From a virus (Duplodnaviria > Caudoviricetes), in the IMG/VR virus record IMGVR_UViG_3300024283_000063, positions 1 to 39,286 of that record: a stretch of DNA of 39,286 nucleotides. The stretch is one strand, 5' to 3'. The notes below the pieces were generated by a model. That model was not told the origin of the DNA, made no database searches, and saw nothing but the letters and a program-made list of their open reading frames with translations. The position numbers were made by a program, and so were the translations under genes. This document shows, one piece after another, positions 15,830 through 24,832 of this stretch (position 1 is its first letter; each line of letters opens with the position of its first letter).

Positions 15830-18496
15830 TTAAGCCTGCGAAACCGTCAGATCGTCGATGTAGCCGCTGTAGGTCGTGCCGCCATACGCGAACGCCTCGA
15901 CCTGCACCACCCCGGCCTCTGTCGGCGTAAAGGTGATCGTCACCAGTTCCCACGTATCGGCGACTGCGGTCATCAGCGTTTGAACGTCGCTATCAACGCC
16001 CTCGATCTGGCGGCCCTTGCATAGCAGGCCGAAGGTCAGCCCGGTGTTCGAGCGACGCATGCGCGCGCTCACCGTCACCAGCGAACTCGCCGCCACGGCG
16101 ATCTGCGCCACGTGCATGTTGAGCGGCTCGTAGATATTGCGGTCTGCGCTGGTCGGTGAAAACTGCCACGCCTGACCTGTGCCGGAATAGCGCACGGCGG
16201 TCTGCGAGACGATGCTGCCGCCGTCGGTAAAGATGCGGCTGTCGCCCACCACGCCACCATACGCGCTCACGCACAGGCGCGAGTCGCGCTTCGCCGATGC
16301 CGTTGCCACCGGCGTGCTGTCGGCAAAGGTGCCGCTGCGGATGTACGAAGGCGCGGTCGCGGCAGTGAATCCAACGCCTGCCGTTGTATTACCGGACGTG
16401 CTTACCTTGCCGATTTTGTGACCGCCTCCGCTCCCAAGGTCAAGCCCATACGTGCCGTTGTTGTTGGCCGCGCCGATGTACTGCACTTCGCAGTTATGTG
16501 ATTCGCCTAGACGAACTCCGGCAGTCGCGTTGTCATTTGCTGCCGTGATGGTTTTGATTCGACCATTTACCACGCCAAGAGTGCCGCCCTGAAACAGCAC
16601 GCCCGTTCCGCCATTATTATTCGCACGAGTGATGGTATCAGCCGTGTAGCCAAGCACACTGAGCTGGGTATTAACGCCGTGACTGCCGTTGCCTGAAGCA
16701 TCCGTCAGCGTTCCGATGCCGCACTGGTAGGTGTTGGTGCCGACGCCGCCGTTGTCGTCGAATAGCGCCCCGCTCGTGCCGTTGTAGTTCGCCGCCACTG
16801 CAGAAACATTCACGCGTACGCCCTGCGCCACGTCCACGCCGTTCGATGTGTTGTTGTTGTGATGCCCGCCTGTAATCGTGAGTTCTGTCGATTGATTGCT
16901 GCCTACATAGATGCCGTCGCCGTAGCGCACGGTTGATATCTTGTCCAGCGCCATGTAGTTTTTCGTAGCGAAAAGGAAGCCACGCCCGAACCCGTTGCGG
17001 CCGTCGAACCACGTTTCCAGATTCTGCGTGGTCATGGCGGTGCGATCCCATCCGCCGGAATAGGTGACCACGTTGCCGCTCGTGCCTGTGGGAGAAATGC
17101 TCACCACCGTAGCCGTGGCTGACGCCGCCAGCGTGGTGGCGAAGGTCTCTCGCTTATAGGCCGTAACCGTTTCCGTGGTGCCGGTGTAGCCGCGCTGAGG
17201 TGAGGCGGCCGGTATGGTGTTGACAACTTTATCCAACATCACGCGCGTCGAGTTAATCGACTGGATCGCGCACCAGGTCTCGGTGCCGGTGTTTTTGCCG
17301 ATCAGGCTGATGAGGGACAGGCTGTCATTGCCCGCCGCTTTAACGGCCAGAATGTTGTCCAGCAGGAAGGTCTGCGCGCCGCGATCCGTGTCGATATAGA
17401 GGGCAACGGAGGCCACTGCAGCATTCAGATTCGTCGTCAGATCGACCGTGACCGGCACCCACTGGTTGAGCGCGGCGAGCGCGGGGATCGCAACCGTATG
17501 CACTGAACTCGTGCCATCGACTGCCGTGCAAAGGCGTATCGACGCATCGCCCGCTATCGCCACCGTCCCGGAGGTCTGCTTCACCCAGAACGTGACTTGC
17601 TGGTAGCTGGACAGGTCCAGCGTGCCGGTGGCGAAAAATGCGGCAAGTCCGGTGGTGTGCGCCGCCGCCACCGCGATCTGCTGGCACTCGCCGCCCTCTT
17701 TGAAGTCGGACGTGATGACGGTGCAGACGTTCACACCGGGCGAGGTGATGGCCGTCCAGTTGGTTTTGGTGCCCTGGTTGCCGCACAGCGCGATGTTCTT
17801 GGTGAGCGCCGACGCGAGCTTGACGCGGCAGTTCGTGATCTTGCGGAACGTGCCTGTGGCGCCGCCGACGCCATTGCCCACACTGTTGGTGCCGTCCGCA
17901 TTCAGGAGCGTAAAGTCATTGCCGGAAACCGTCACGTCCCACACACCGTTTGCCTTGGTGTTCGTCGTGTGGCCGTTGACGATGATGGTGTCACCCGTGG
18001 CCAGGCCGTGGCCCGACTTGGTCATCACAATCGGCGTTGCGTTCGTGCTGCTGGTTGGTACGATGGTCGCCGCCAGCGGCCCGTTCGTCCAGGTGCCGTT
18101 AATGCCCAGCGACGTGGGCGACGGGCTGCCCTTCACCCGGCAGGTATCGCCCGCAGCCATCTTGCCCGCAACGGTTGAAAAGGTCAGAAACGCATCGGCC
18201 TTGCTCGATCCGCCGCGTGGTGTCACCGTGCCATTCGCGTCCGCCGTGGCCTGCCACACCGCCCCATCGAGATCAAAGTTGTCTGCATCAAACACGGTGA
18301 GCTTCCACGCGGCATTCAGCCATGCGGTGAACAGCGTGAGATCGACCACGGCGCCGGTCACCAAGCCATGCGCAGTCTTGTTGATGCGCGTTGTGCTGCC
18401 GGCTGGATTGGATGCCACGCACGTCAGCAACGCGCTGCGCGCGGTGTCGCTGCCGCTCTCGGTGTCGAGGTAAAAGGTCGCGCTGGTGTATGACAT
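15830..18496 (-). CDS. Large tailspike/adhesin-like virion protein
   Basis: Two HGL.TG (FCCH-like) repeats, CBM-like jelly-roll segment, NN.T.G beta-helix-like repeats; at the end of the tail module. Confidence 0.7.
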   Translation of the reverse strand: MSYTSATFYLDTESGSDTARSALLTCVASNPAGSTTRINKTAHGLVTGAVVDLTLFTAWLNAAWKLTVFDADNFDLDGAVWQATADANGTVTPRGGSSKADAFLTFSTVAGKMAAGDTCRVKGSPSPTSLGINGTWTNGPLAATIVPTSSTNATPIVMTKSGHGLATGDTIIVNGHTTNTKANGVWDVTVSGNDFTLLNADGTNSVGNGVGGATGTFRKITNCRVKLASALTKNIALCGNQGTKTNWTAITSPGVNVCTVITSDFKEGGECQQIAVAAAHTTGLAAFFATGTLDLSSYQQVTFWVKQTSGTVAIAGDASIRLCTAVDGTSSVHTVAIPALAALNQWVPVTVDLTTNLNAAVASVALYIDTDRGAQTFLLDNILAVKAAGNDSLSLISLIGKNTGTETWCAIQSINSTRVMLDKVVNTIPAASPQRGYTGTTETVTAYKRETFATTLAASATATVVSISPTGTSGNVVTYSGGWDRTAMTTQNLETWFDGRNGFGRGFLFATKNYMALDKISTVRYGDGIYVGSNQSTELTITGGHHNNNTSNGVDVAQGVRVNVSAVAANYNGTSGALFDDNGGVGTNTYQCGIGTLTDASGNGSHGVNTQLSVLGYTADTITRANNNGGTGVLFQGGTLGVVNGRIKTITAANDNATAGVRLGESHNCEVQYIGAANNNGTYGLDLGSGGGHKIGKVSTSGNTTAGVGFTAATAPSYIRSGTFADSTPVATASAKRDSRLCVSAYGGVVGDSRIFTDGGSIVSQTAVRYSGTGQAWQFSPTSADRNIYEPLNMHVAQIAVAASSLVTVSARMRRSNTGLTFGLLCKGRQIEGVDSDVQTLMTAVADTWELVTITFTPTEAGVVQVEAFAYGGTTYSGYIDDLTVSQA

Positions 18497-18723
18497 TATT
18501 GTGTGGCCGCGAACGGCATTCCGTTAAAGGCGTAATCCAGTGACATCGTGCCGAGCGGCTTGGCCTCTACGCGGCAGAACGGCATGCCGTTGTACGCATA
18601 GTCGAGGGTCATCAAAACCGAGCGGCTTGGAGTCCCGCCGCCGCCTACTCCGCCGCCCCCGCCAAGACCTGGCGCGGCCGTTCCACTGCGGCCCATTCCG
18701 CCCAGCCACATTGTCGGTATCAA
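18496..18723 (-). CDS. Small Gly-rich protein with duplicated LDYAxNGMPF motif
   Basis: Overlaps both neighbours (TTGA, TAATG); the internal repeat is conserved at protein level. Confidence 0.65.
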   Translation of the reverse strand: MIPTMWLGGMGRSGTAAPGLGGGGGVGGGGTPSRSVLMTLDYAYNGMPFCRVEAKPLGTMSLDYAFNGMPFAATQ

Positions 18724-19991
18724 GCGTCGTTCTCCGCGTCTGTCGTGATATAAAGAATGATGCCGTGCAGCCGAGCGTCAATCGTCATCGTGTCGCCGCC
18801 ATCCCCCACCACGCGCGATATGCGGAAAAACACCACATCCTGCGCCGCTGGAGTGCCGGCCACGGTAATGGCCGAAGATTCCGGCCCGACGTAGATATCA
18901 TCCGTAGTGCCGCCGGTATCGGTGCTGGTTTGCACCGTGCCGAATGCAACAGCTATTGTGTCATCGTCGCTGATCGCAACCGCCTGCAGGCTCCACACCA
19001 CGCCGAAATTGGTTATGGTCGCCGCGTGACTCCATATCGGCTTGAACGTCACCGTGCCTTCATTCCAGCTTTTTGGCATCGGGATCGCAAACTGTGCGTA
19101 TTCCTGCACCGTCGGATCGAAGTCGATAGTGATGATGTCGGGCTTGTCGCTTGCCGACGCAATAACAGCCAGCGCCGCGCAGCCGCCGGTATAGCTTGGC
19201 GCTATCGCCGCCGCCATGATCGGGATTGCGTGCTTTCCAATACCGCCGGCCGCATCGGGGTTATCACTCTGAAAATTGCAGTAAACGGTTTTATCGTCGG
19301 CAATCGAACCGCCCGAGGCCTGCAGCGTCACGGCGAACTTGCGGTAGCCGGTTCCGTCGGTGGGCGCCGCGGTCCACTTCCACAACTGCCACTTCGAGGC
19401 GTCGTCAGACTGCTGAAGGTAAATAAAGCCAGTAGACGCGAGTGATGCCCATAGCGTGGCCAGGCTCACCGCGTCGGCGGTCTGGTTGTCGAAATAGAGG
19501 AACGTGGCCGAGGCCTGCGTGGCGTTGTTCCACTTGAAGAGACCGTTGCCGGGATCGCTGTCGGCGGTCGATCCTGTATCACTGGTAAAGGTCAGGCCCT
19601 TCAGCTCGGTGCCACCGCTCGCCGCGGGGCCGCCGTGCACTCCGCCAGCACCCGCGCGATGATCCTCTACGGCGGAAACCAATCCTCCAGATGTGGTGAT
19701 CTTGTAGACGCGGGCGTAGCTTGTGGTGTCGTTCCAGTTGGTGTTGCTGGTGCTCACACTAATTACGCCGTTGCTGCGCAACACCACCACGTAGTTTGTG
19801 GTGCTGTCTGTTAGCGTCAGCGTACCTTCCGCCACGGAGAAGCCAGCCCAGCGGCCGCCGTAGTAGCCCCAGGTCAGCGCATCCGTGACCGGCTGGCGTT
19901 TGCCGTAGACGCTCGAATAATCGATAGTCTCGAAGTTCTCATTCATCTGCACTTCGGGGCTGGCCGAAGCATTCACGTTTTGGAAGTTCAT
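18720..19991 (-). CDS. Tail fibre/receptor-binding protein
   Basis: Directly downstream of the central tail protein; N-terminal E..MNENF..I...GYYGG anchor-like domain; multidomain, Thr/Ser-rich. Confidence 0.7.
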   Translation of the reverse strand: MNFQNVNASASPEVQMNENFETIDYSSVYGKRQPVTDALTWGYYGGRWAGFSVAEGTLTLTDSTTNYVVVLRSNGVISVSTSNTNWNDTTSYARVYKITTSGGLVSAVEDHRAGAGGVHGGPAASGGTELKGLTFTSDTGSTADSDPGNGLFKWNNATQASATFLYFDNQTADAVSLATLWASLASTGFIYLQQSDDASKWQLWKWTAAPTDGTGYRKFAVTLQASGGSIADDKTVYCNFQSDNPDAAGGIGKHAIPIMAAAIAPSYTGGCAALAVIASASDKPDIITIDFDPTVQEYAQFAIPMPKSWNEGTVTFKPIWSHAATITNFGVVWSLQAVAISDDDTIAVAFGTVQTSTDTGGTTDDIYVGPESSAITVAGTPAAQDVVFFRISRVVGDGGDTMTIDARLHGIILYITTDAENDA

Positions 19992-22891
19992 ACAGTCGCC
20001 TCAAGTTTGTAACCGCGTCCCACGGTGGCGGATATCTGGTACGCGCGGGCATACACGGGATCGCCTGGCGTCAATCCGTCAGTTGTCTGATCTGCGGCGC
20101 TGTAGGCCACGGTTGCGCTGGTGGCGACTATGGGTGTCGCGCGCGCCAGCGTGGAATAGGTGTCGTCGGTATAAATGTCTATCTCGTATCGCTCTAATTC
20201 CTCGCCCAATGGCAGGCTGATTCCGAGCGATCCGATCATGCGAACGGAGTAGCGGCTGCGGCGCTGCAAGGTAAATACAATGTTGTTCGAGCTGTCGCGC
20301 GCCGCGCGGATACCCACCAGAGAAAACGGCTTCTTGCCGACGCCGGTATCGGTGAACGGCTCCGCAGTCACGCCGCTCAACGTGCGTCCGAAAGTCACGC
20401 CCTTATAGAAGAATTCGAGACCGAGCTGTGAATTGATCAGATTGATGCGTCGCAGGCCGGCGGGGCGCAGCAGCACGCAACGCTCATCGGCGGCGTGATC
20501 CACCATCGCCCACTCTGTTCCGCGACAGCCTCGCAGCAAGCCGGTCAAATCGTATATGCCGGTTGAAATGAGTTCGGCAGATATAAACTGGATAACCTCA
20601 GAGCCAACCAGCAACAGATTCGCACCGCCGTCATTCAGCACAGTGTCGCGCGTGCCGCTCGACAGTTCACCTGCGCCAACGTCAACGCGAAGTATGTGCG
20701 TGTGGTCGAACACGCGCGGCCCCGTCCAGTCACCGAGAGTGGTGTCACAGTTACCGAACACCGCAGACTCTCCAACATCAGCCACGCCGCTGTAAGTCAC
20801 CCAATCCGGCGAACGGAAGATCGAGCCGCCGGGGTACGGCGTGCCGTCACCTTTGAGCGCCCCATAGATGCCGCAGTCGTCATCAGCATCGCGCAGGATG
20901 GGTATGTCCATCAACTCCATCAGCGCGTCGGGTATCGCCGCCACCTCGTCGCTTGAGGTGTAGTCCGTGTTCGTCTCGGCTTCGTCGATCAGGATGTTCG
21001 GATCGTCCAGCACCAGATCAAGCTCTATCAGCGGATACTGGCCCTTTAGCTGGACAATGCGCATGTCGAACAGATCGCCGTCCCTGTCCGTGATCGTGAT
21101 AACGTCCGTGGGTTCCAGCGCGGAATAGTCGCCGAGCAGCGCAATCGGTGCGGTGATGAGGGCGAGCTTCTGATCTGCCGCAACCGTTACCGCGATGCCC
21201 TTCCCTTCCGCTGGAGTCAGCCCAATGTCAAGCTGAATGGATGCGGTAGTATTCGTTACCGCAGTCAGCAGGCGGTCGCTATCTTCCAGGCCGTCCTGGT
21301 AGTCATTGCTCATGTTGTGAAAGCCGATATAGACTTTCGCGGGCAACTCTATGTCCGTAGCCTGCCTGAGCAAGAACGGCTCTGAGGGCTGGTCTCCCAT
21401 AGCCGCGCCGAGGTCGGCATAGGGTATCGTCATGACCGACGCACCGCCGCGCGGCACGCATTTGATAACGCTGCCGGACATCACATAATCGAAGTAGTAA
21501 GCCGTCGCCAGCATTTCCAGCATGGCGCGATTCGGTATTCCTGACAGCGCCCGCACGGGCTTGGTAAGCGTTGCCAGTTCGCTCACGTCGAACTGATCCA
21601 CGGTCAACCCGAGCGCAAGGAAAATGTCGCTCACCACATCCTCAAGCGCTTCGGTGCCCGGCGTGACAATTGCCGTCGGGCTGTATTCGGTAGAGTAGAA
21701 ACCAGAGTTGTATCCAGTAGGTACTGGGTAAGCGAACGCGGACTGCCCGAAATTCACCGTGAATACGTCATTCAGAGAAAGCGTGCTGACAGCAGGGTAA
21801 AGCGCCCCCGGCAGCGAAAGCAAAATCGCGCCCTGCGATACGCCGTTTTTGTAGAACGTGATATAGCCGGTGTCCAGATCCAGCGCCACTCCGATAACGT
21901 CGCCCGCTGTCCAGGTAGCGCCGTATGCGGTGCCGCCGCCGCCGCTGCCATCGTACCTGTTGCCGTTGGCGCTCGCATAACCCCTGCCGTGCGTTTCCTG
22001 CCCGACGTAGTGCTGCAGGTTGCTGTCTCCGTCATCCACGCCGATAAAAGCAAAAGTAGCCTTAACGGAAAATGTCACCTCCCAATACCATTTCCCGGAT
22101 GTCAAGCCCAGGGCAGCGCGCGACGTGGCGTAGGTCCCGCCATCCACAGTCGTTAAACTCGTGTGCGTTGCGGATAGCAGATCATCGCTCAGCGTCAAAT
22201 CCGCGCTGGTGTCCGCCGCATTGAGCGTGCTGTAGTCGACATAGGTCGCTTTGGTATAGACCTCGAACGTGAGCATGCGCATCTGGCCGGAGTTGCCAAG
22301 GTGCCACGACTCAATGAACACGCCGCCCATGCCACGGTACGCCGACGCATTTGCGGCGCCGACGGCATCTTCATATACCGGGTCAGGCAACTGATCCGAC
22401 GCGCCCGGATAAATCGTGATGCGGTCCCAATGCGGCGTGCTGACTGTCTGCGGCGTCCAGATCAACTCGCCGTCGATCCAGATGCGCGACACCCCGAGGA
22501 TTTCGTTGTCGCATAGCAGGATCAGTACATCAACATCCTGCGTGTAGGTGACCGTCACTGTGGTCTGGGTCGGCGAACCTCCGCCTTTGCCGCCACCGCC
22601 GGACTGCTGAACATCGGTGTGTGAAATTGTGCGCGGCTCGGACAGATACGCGAAAATCGGTGGCAGGCGCGGACTGCCCCACGCGCGCGGAATCGGTTGG
22701 CCGAAGCCGACTGTGGGTACGTTCAGGTTTCCCGGTTTCTGGCCGTATTGGCCTTGCGCCGGGACTTTGGGCGGCCCTTGGATGAGACCGCCGATTGCGC
22801 TGCCGATACCAATTCCGGCCAAAGTTCCAATGCCAGGAACTACTGAGCCGATAACTCCGCCGACAACGGCGAGAATTATTCGCGCGCCCAT
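19988..22891 (-). CDS. Central tail-tip/host-specificity protein (GTA-like) with SPRY-like insertion
   Basis: FGQPIPRAWG, GGGKGGG, RIWIDG.LIW, AYRG, LEP.DVI, LLRG.RGTE, RRSR motifs; ATG 22891 in TAATG overlap. Confidence 0.85.
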   Translation of the reverse strand: MGARIILAVVGGVIGSVVPGIGTLAGIGIGSAIGGLIQGPPKVPAQGQYGQKPGNLNVPTVGFGQPIPRAWGSPRLPPIFAYLSEPRTISHTDVQQSGGGGKGGGSPTQTTVTVTYTQDVDVLILLCDNEILGVSRIWIDGELIWTPQTVSTPHWDRITIYPGASDQLPDPVYEDAVGAANASAYRGMGGVFIESWHLGNSGQMRMLTFEVYTKATYVDYSTLNAADTSADLTLSDDLLSATHTSLTTVDGGTYATSRAALGLTSGKWYWEVTFSVKATFAFIGVDDGDSNLQHYVGQETHGRGYASANGNRYDGSGGGGTAYGATWTAGDVIGVALDLDTGYITFYKNGVSQGAILLSLPGALYPAVSTLSLNDVFTVNFGQSAFAYPVPTGYNSGFYSTEYSPTAIVTPGTEALEDVVSDIFLALGLTVDQFDVSELATLTKPVRALSGIPNRAMLEMLATAYYFDYVMSGSVIKCVPRGGASVMTIPYADLGAAMGDQPSEPFLLRQATDIELPAKVYIGFHNMSNDYQDGLEDSDRLLTAVTNTTASIQLDIGLTPAEGKGIAVTVAADQKLALITAPIALLGDYSALEPTDVITITDRDGDLFDMRIVQLKGQYPLIELDLVLDDPNILIDEAETNTDYTSSDEVAAIPDALMELMDIPILRDADDDCGIYGALKGDGTPYPGGSIFRSPDWVTYSGVADVGESAVFGNCDTTLGDWTGPRVFDHTHILRVDVGAGELSSGTRDTVLNDGGANLLLVGSEVIQFISAELISTGIYDLTGLLRGCRGTEWAMVDHAADERCVLLRPAGLRRINLINSQLGLEFFYKGVTFGRTLSGVTAEPFTDTGVGKKPFSLVGIRAARDSSNNIVFTLQRRSRYSVRMIGSLGISLPLGEELERYEIDIYTDDTYSTLARATPIVATSATVAYSAADQTTDGLTPGDPVYARAYQISATVGRGYKLEATV

Positions 22892-23337
22892 TACACGACG
22901 CCCGGAATTGAAAATGCCGCTACAAAGCGGCATCGTTCGTGGAACATTAACCGCGTTTCCACGACTCGCGGCGGGTGCGCGTTATTGGCCGCGTGGATGA
23001 TGGACAGCACGCCGAAAACCGGATGCACGCCGACTATGCCCAGGTGCGTCGGGTGCTCGTCGGCTTGCACGCAGACCACATTGCCAGCCTGCATTTCCTC
23101 GCGCTCGATGCGCAGCAGATACCTGTCGGCTTCGGCCAGCATGCGCACGCCATCTGGCACAGGTCCATACGGCTCGACGTCCCAATCCGGCATGCACAGA
23201 GCCAAATCACGCATCGTACACACGATGAGGCCGATGCAGTCGAGCGCGCCACGCGGCCCGGGGTTGCGCTGCATGTGGCCGAACGGCGTGCCGAGGTACG
23301 ATCGCGCGCAGTCGATGACGTCGGCGCGCGTCGTCAT
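22891..23337 (-). CDS. NlpC/P60-like tail tip peptidase
   Basis: ARSYLGTPF.H....LDCIGL...HLGI...IIHA. Confidence 0.85.
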   Translation of the reverse strand: MTTRADVIDCARSYLGTPFGHMQRNPGPRGALDCIGLIVCTMRDLALCMPDWDVEPYGPVPDGVRMLAEADRYLLRIEREEMQAGNVVCVQADEHPTHLGIVGVHPVFGVLSIIHAANNAHPPRVVETRLMFHERCRFVAAFSIPGVV

Positions 23338-24197
23338 ACAGCCACCGCGTTGCGCTTGGTTACGCGATCCTGGCTTGGCATATAAGGCTGCCCGCCGTGG
23401 TTGATGCCGTTCGAGAATTTGCCGACGCAATCCTCGATCAACCGCTTGCGGCAGCCGGCAACGGCGATGAAGGTATCCCCGACCTGCACCTCCTGAATCA
23501 TTGGCGTTTCGAGCGTGAATGCGCCGGACTCGAACACGGTTATTTTTGCGAAACGGCCAGCGTTCAAGCCGGTCAGCCATTCGACCGAGCCAGCACCGAA
23601 AAAGTCCGATACCTGCACCGCCGCCGTGTCGGAAAATTCCGCGTTGCTATCGACCGACGTGACCGACCCGGGATATGTGTAAGGCACAGGATCAACCCGG
23701 CACAATCCGCCGCGATTCTTGTCGGTGCTGAACAGGCGATAGGTGCAGTTGAAACTCGTGACGCGCACGACCTCCTGCTGCACGTACTGGCGCAAGTCGA
23801 GCAACTCTGCTGTGATTTTGTTCTGCAACATCTGCACTTCGCCGATGGTGCCGGCGAGCAGTGTATTCACGCCGCCGCTTAAATCCTCGTAGTTGTAGTG
23901 GATCAGCGTGAATGCGGCATTGCGCCACTGCCCGCCGAGTATGTCGGCCTTGGTGAATATCGTGCCATCGTCGAGCGCGGTGAGTTCGAGATTGCCGACT
24001 GCAAGGCCGGTCTGAATCACAATGTTGCTTACGTCCAGCCCCTCGGCCTCGTAGGTAACGCCGTCTATTTCGTCGCTGACATCGTGGCTGGTGTAGGCGA
24101 ATACCTCGCTATCTTCGCGCGTGATCTTGAGTCCGTGCGCCATCGTGTTACTGCCCAGCGCGTAGTGCGCGGCAAGTGCCGGGCTGAATACTTTCAT
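23334..24197 (-). CDS. DUF2163/BR0599-type tail hub protein
   Basis: ITRED...AYTSHD; Cys pattern C.Y.L...C ... GC.K...DC..KF.N..N.GG.PY.P. Confidence 0.85.
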   Translation of the reverse strand: MKVFSPALAAHYALGSNTMAHGLKITREDSEVFAYTSHDVSDEIDGVTYEAEGLDVSNIVIQTGLAVGNLELTALDDGTIFTKADILGGQWRNAAFTLIHYNYEDLSGGVNTLLAGTIGEVQMLQNKITAELLDLRQYVQQEVVRVTSFNCTYRLFSTDKNRGGLCRVDPVPYTYPGSVTSVDSNAEFSDTAAVQVSDFFGAGSVEWLTGLNAGRFAKITVFESGAFTLETPMIQEVQVGDTFIAVAGCRKRLIEDCVGKFSNGINHGGQPYMPSQDRVTKRNAVAV

Positions 24198-24832
24198 TCG
24201 CGCACTTCATCCAGCACTACGGACGGGCCGGCCATCAGCCGCGTATCCGCCTGCCCTGCACGCACCAGATCCCAATCGATATCGTCGTTGGCGAAATGCA
24301 CCGGCACGTAGAAAATGCCCGACCAGGTAACGTCAGCAGCGGCAGGCTGTGCCGGTATTGCCAGCACGCCGGTATCCGCGTTGAGCGTAAAAGAGGTTGT
24401 CGGCGCGCCAGATATTTTGAGGATGAAGCCGACCGCTTTCGGCCTGCGGATAGTCCGGTCTTTGGTGCGCGACGAGCCGACGGAGGTGTAGCGCTTGACG
24501 AGTTGATAGGTATCCGGCGATCCGACGCCCATAGCGCTGACCTTGCCGGTCGTATGATCAGCGCTGCAATCCTTTGGGTCTTGCATGAGAAACCCGTATG
24601 TGCCGGCGTCGGTGACCTCATACAGCCCTTCGAGGGCCTGCCACTGCGCCACGGTCATTGGACAGGTACCGACCGTGAATTGGCGCAGCGTGTTGCTCCA
24701 GATCGCGGTGATCTGCTGGCGGCCATCCTGCGCAGCAGCACGCCGGTTTTTGCGGATTAGCTTGCCGCTGATGCCGGCACTGATGACGCTGTTCGGCATG
24801 ATCACATCGGCATACACGGTGATTTTTGCCAT
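24194..24832 (-). CDS. DUF2460-type distal tail protein
   Basis: GFL..DP.D, YQLVKRY, F.VPV.F..D; follows the tape measure gene. Confidence 0.85.
   Translation of the reverse strand: MAKITVYADVIMPNSVISAGISGKLIRKNRRAAAQDGRQQITAIWSNTLRQFTVGTCPMTVAQWQALEGLYEVTDAGTYGFLMQDPKDCSADHTTGKVSAMGVGSPDTYQLVKRYTSVGSSRTKDRTIRRPKAVGFILKISGAPTTSFTLNADTGVLAIPAQPAAADVTWSGIFYVPVHFANDDIDWDLVRAGQADTRLMAGPSVVLDEVRE

Noticed and set aside
15830-22891. Diversity-generating retroelement or invertible tail-fibre system
   Set aside because: No reverse transcriptase or invertase, and no TR/VR pair noticed; the 36-bp duplication is not adenine-specific
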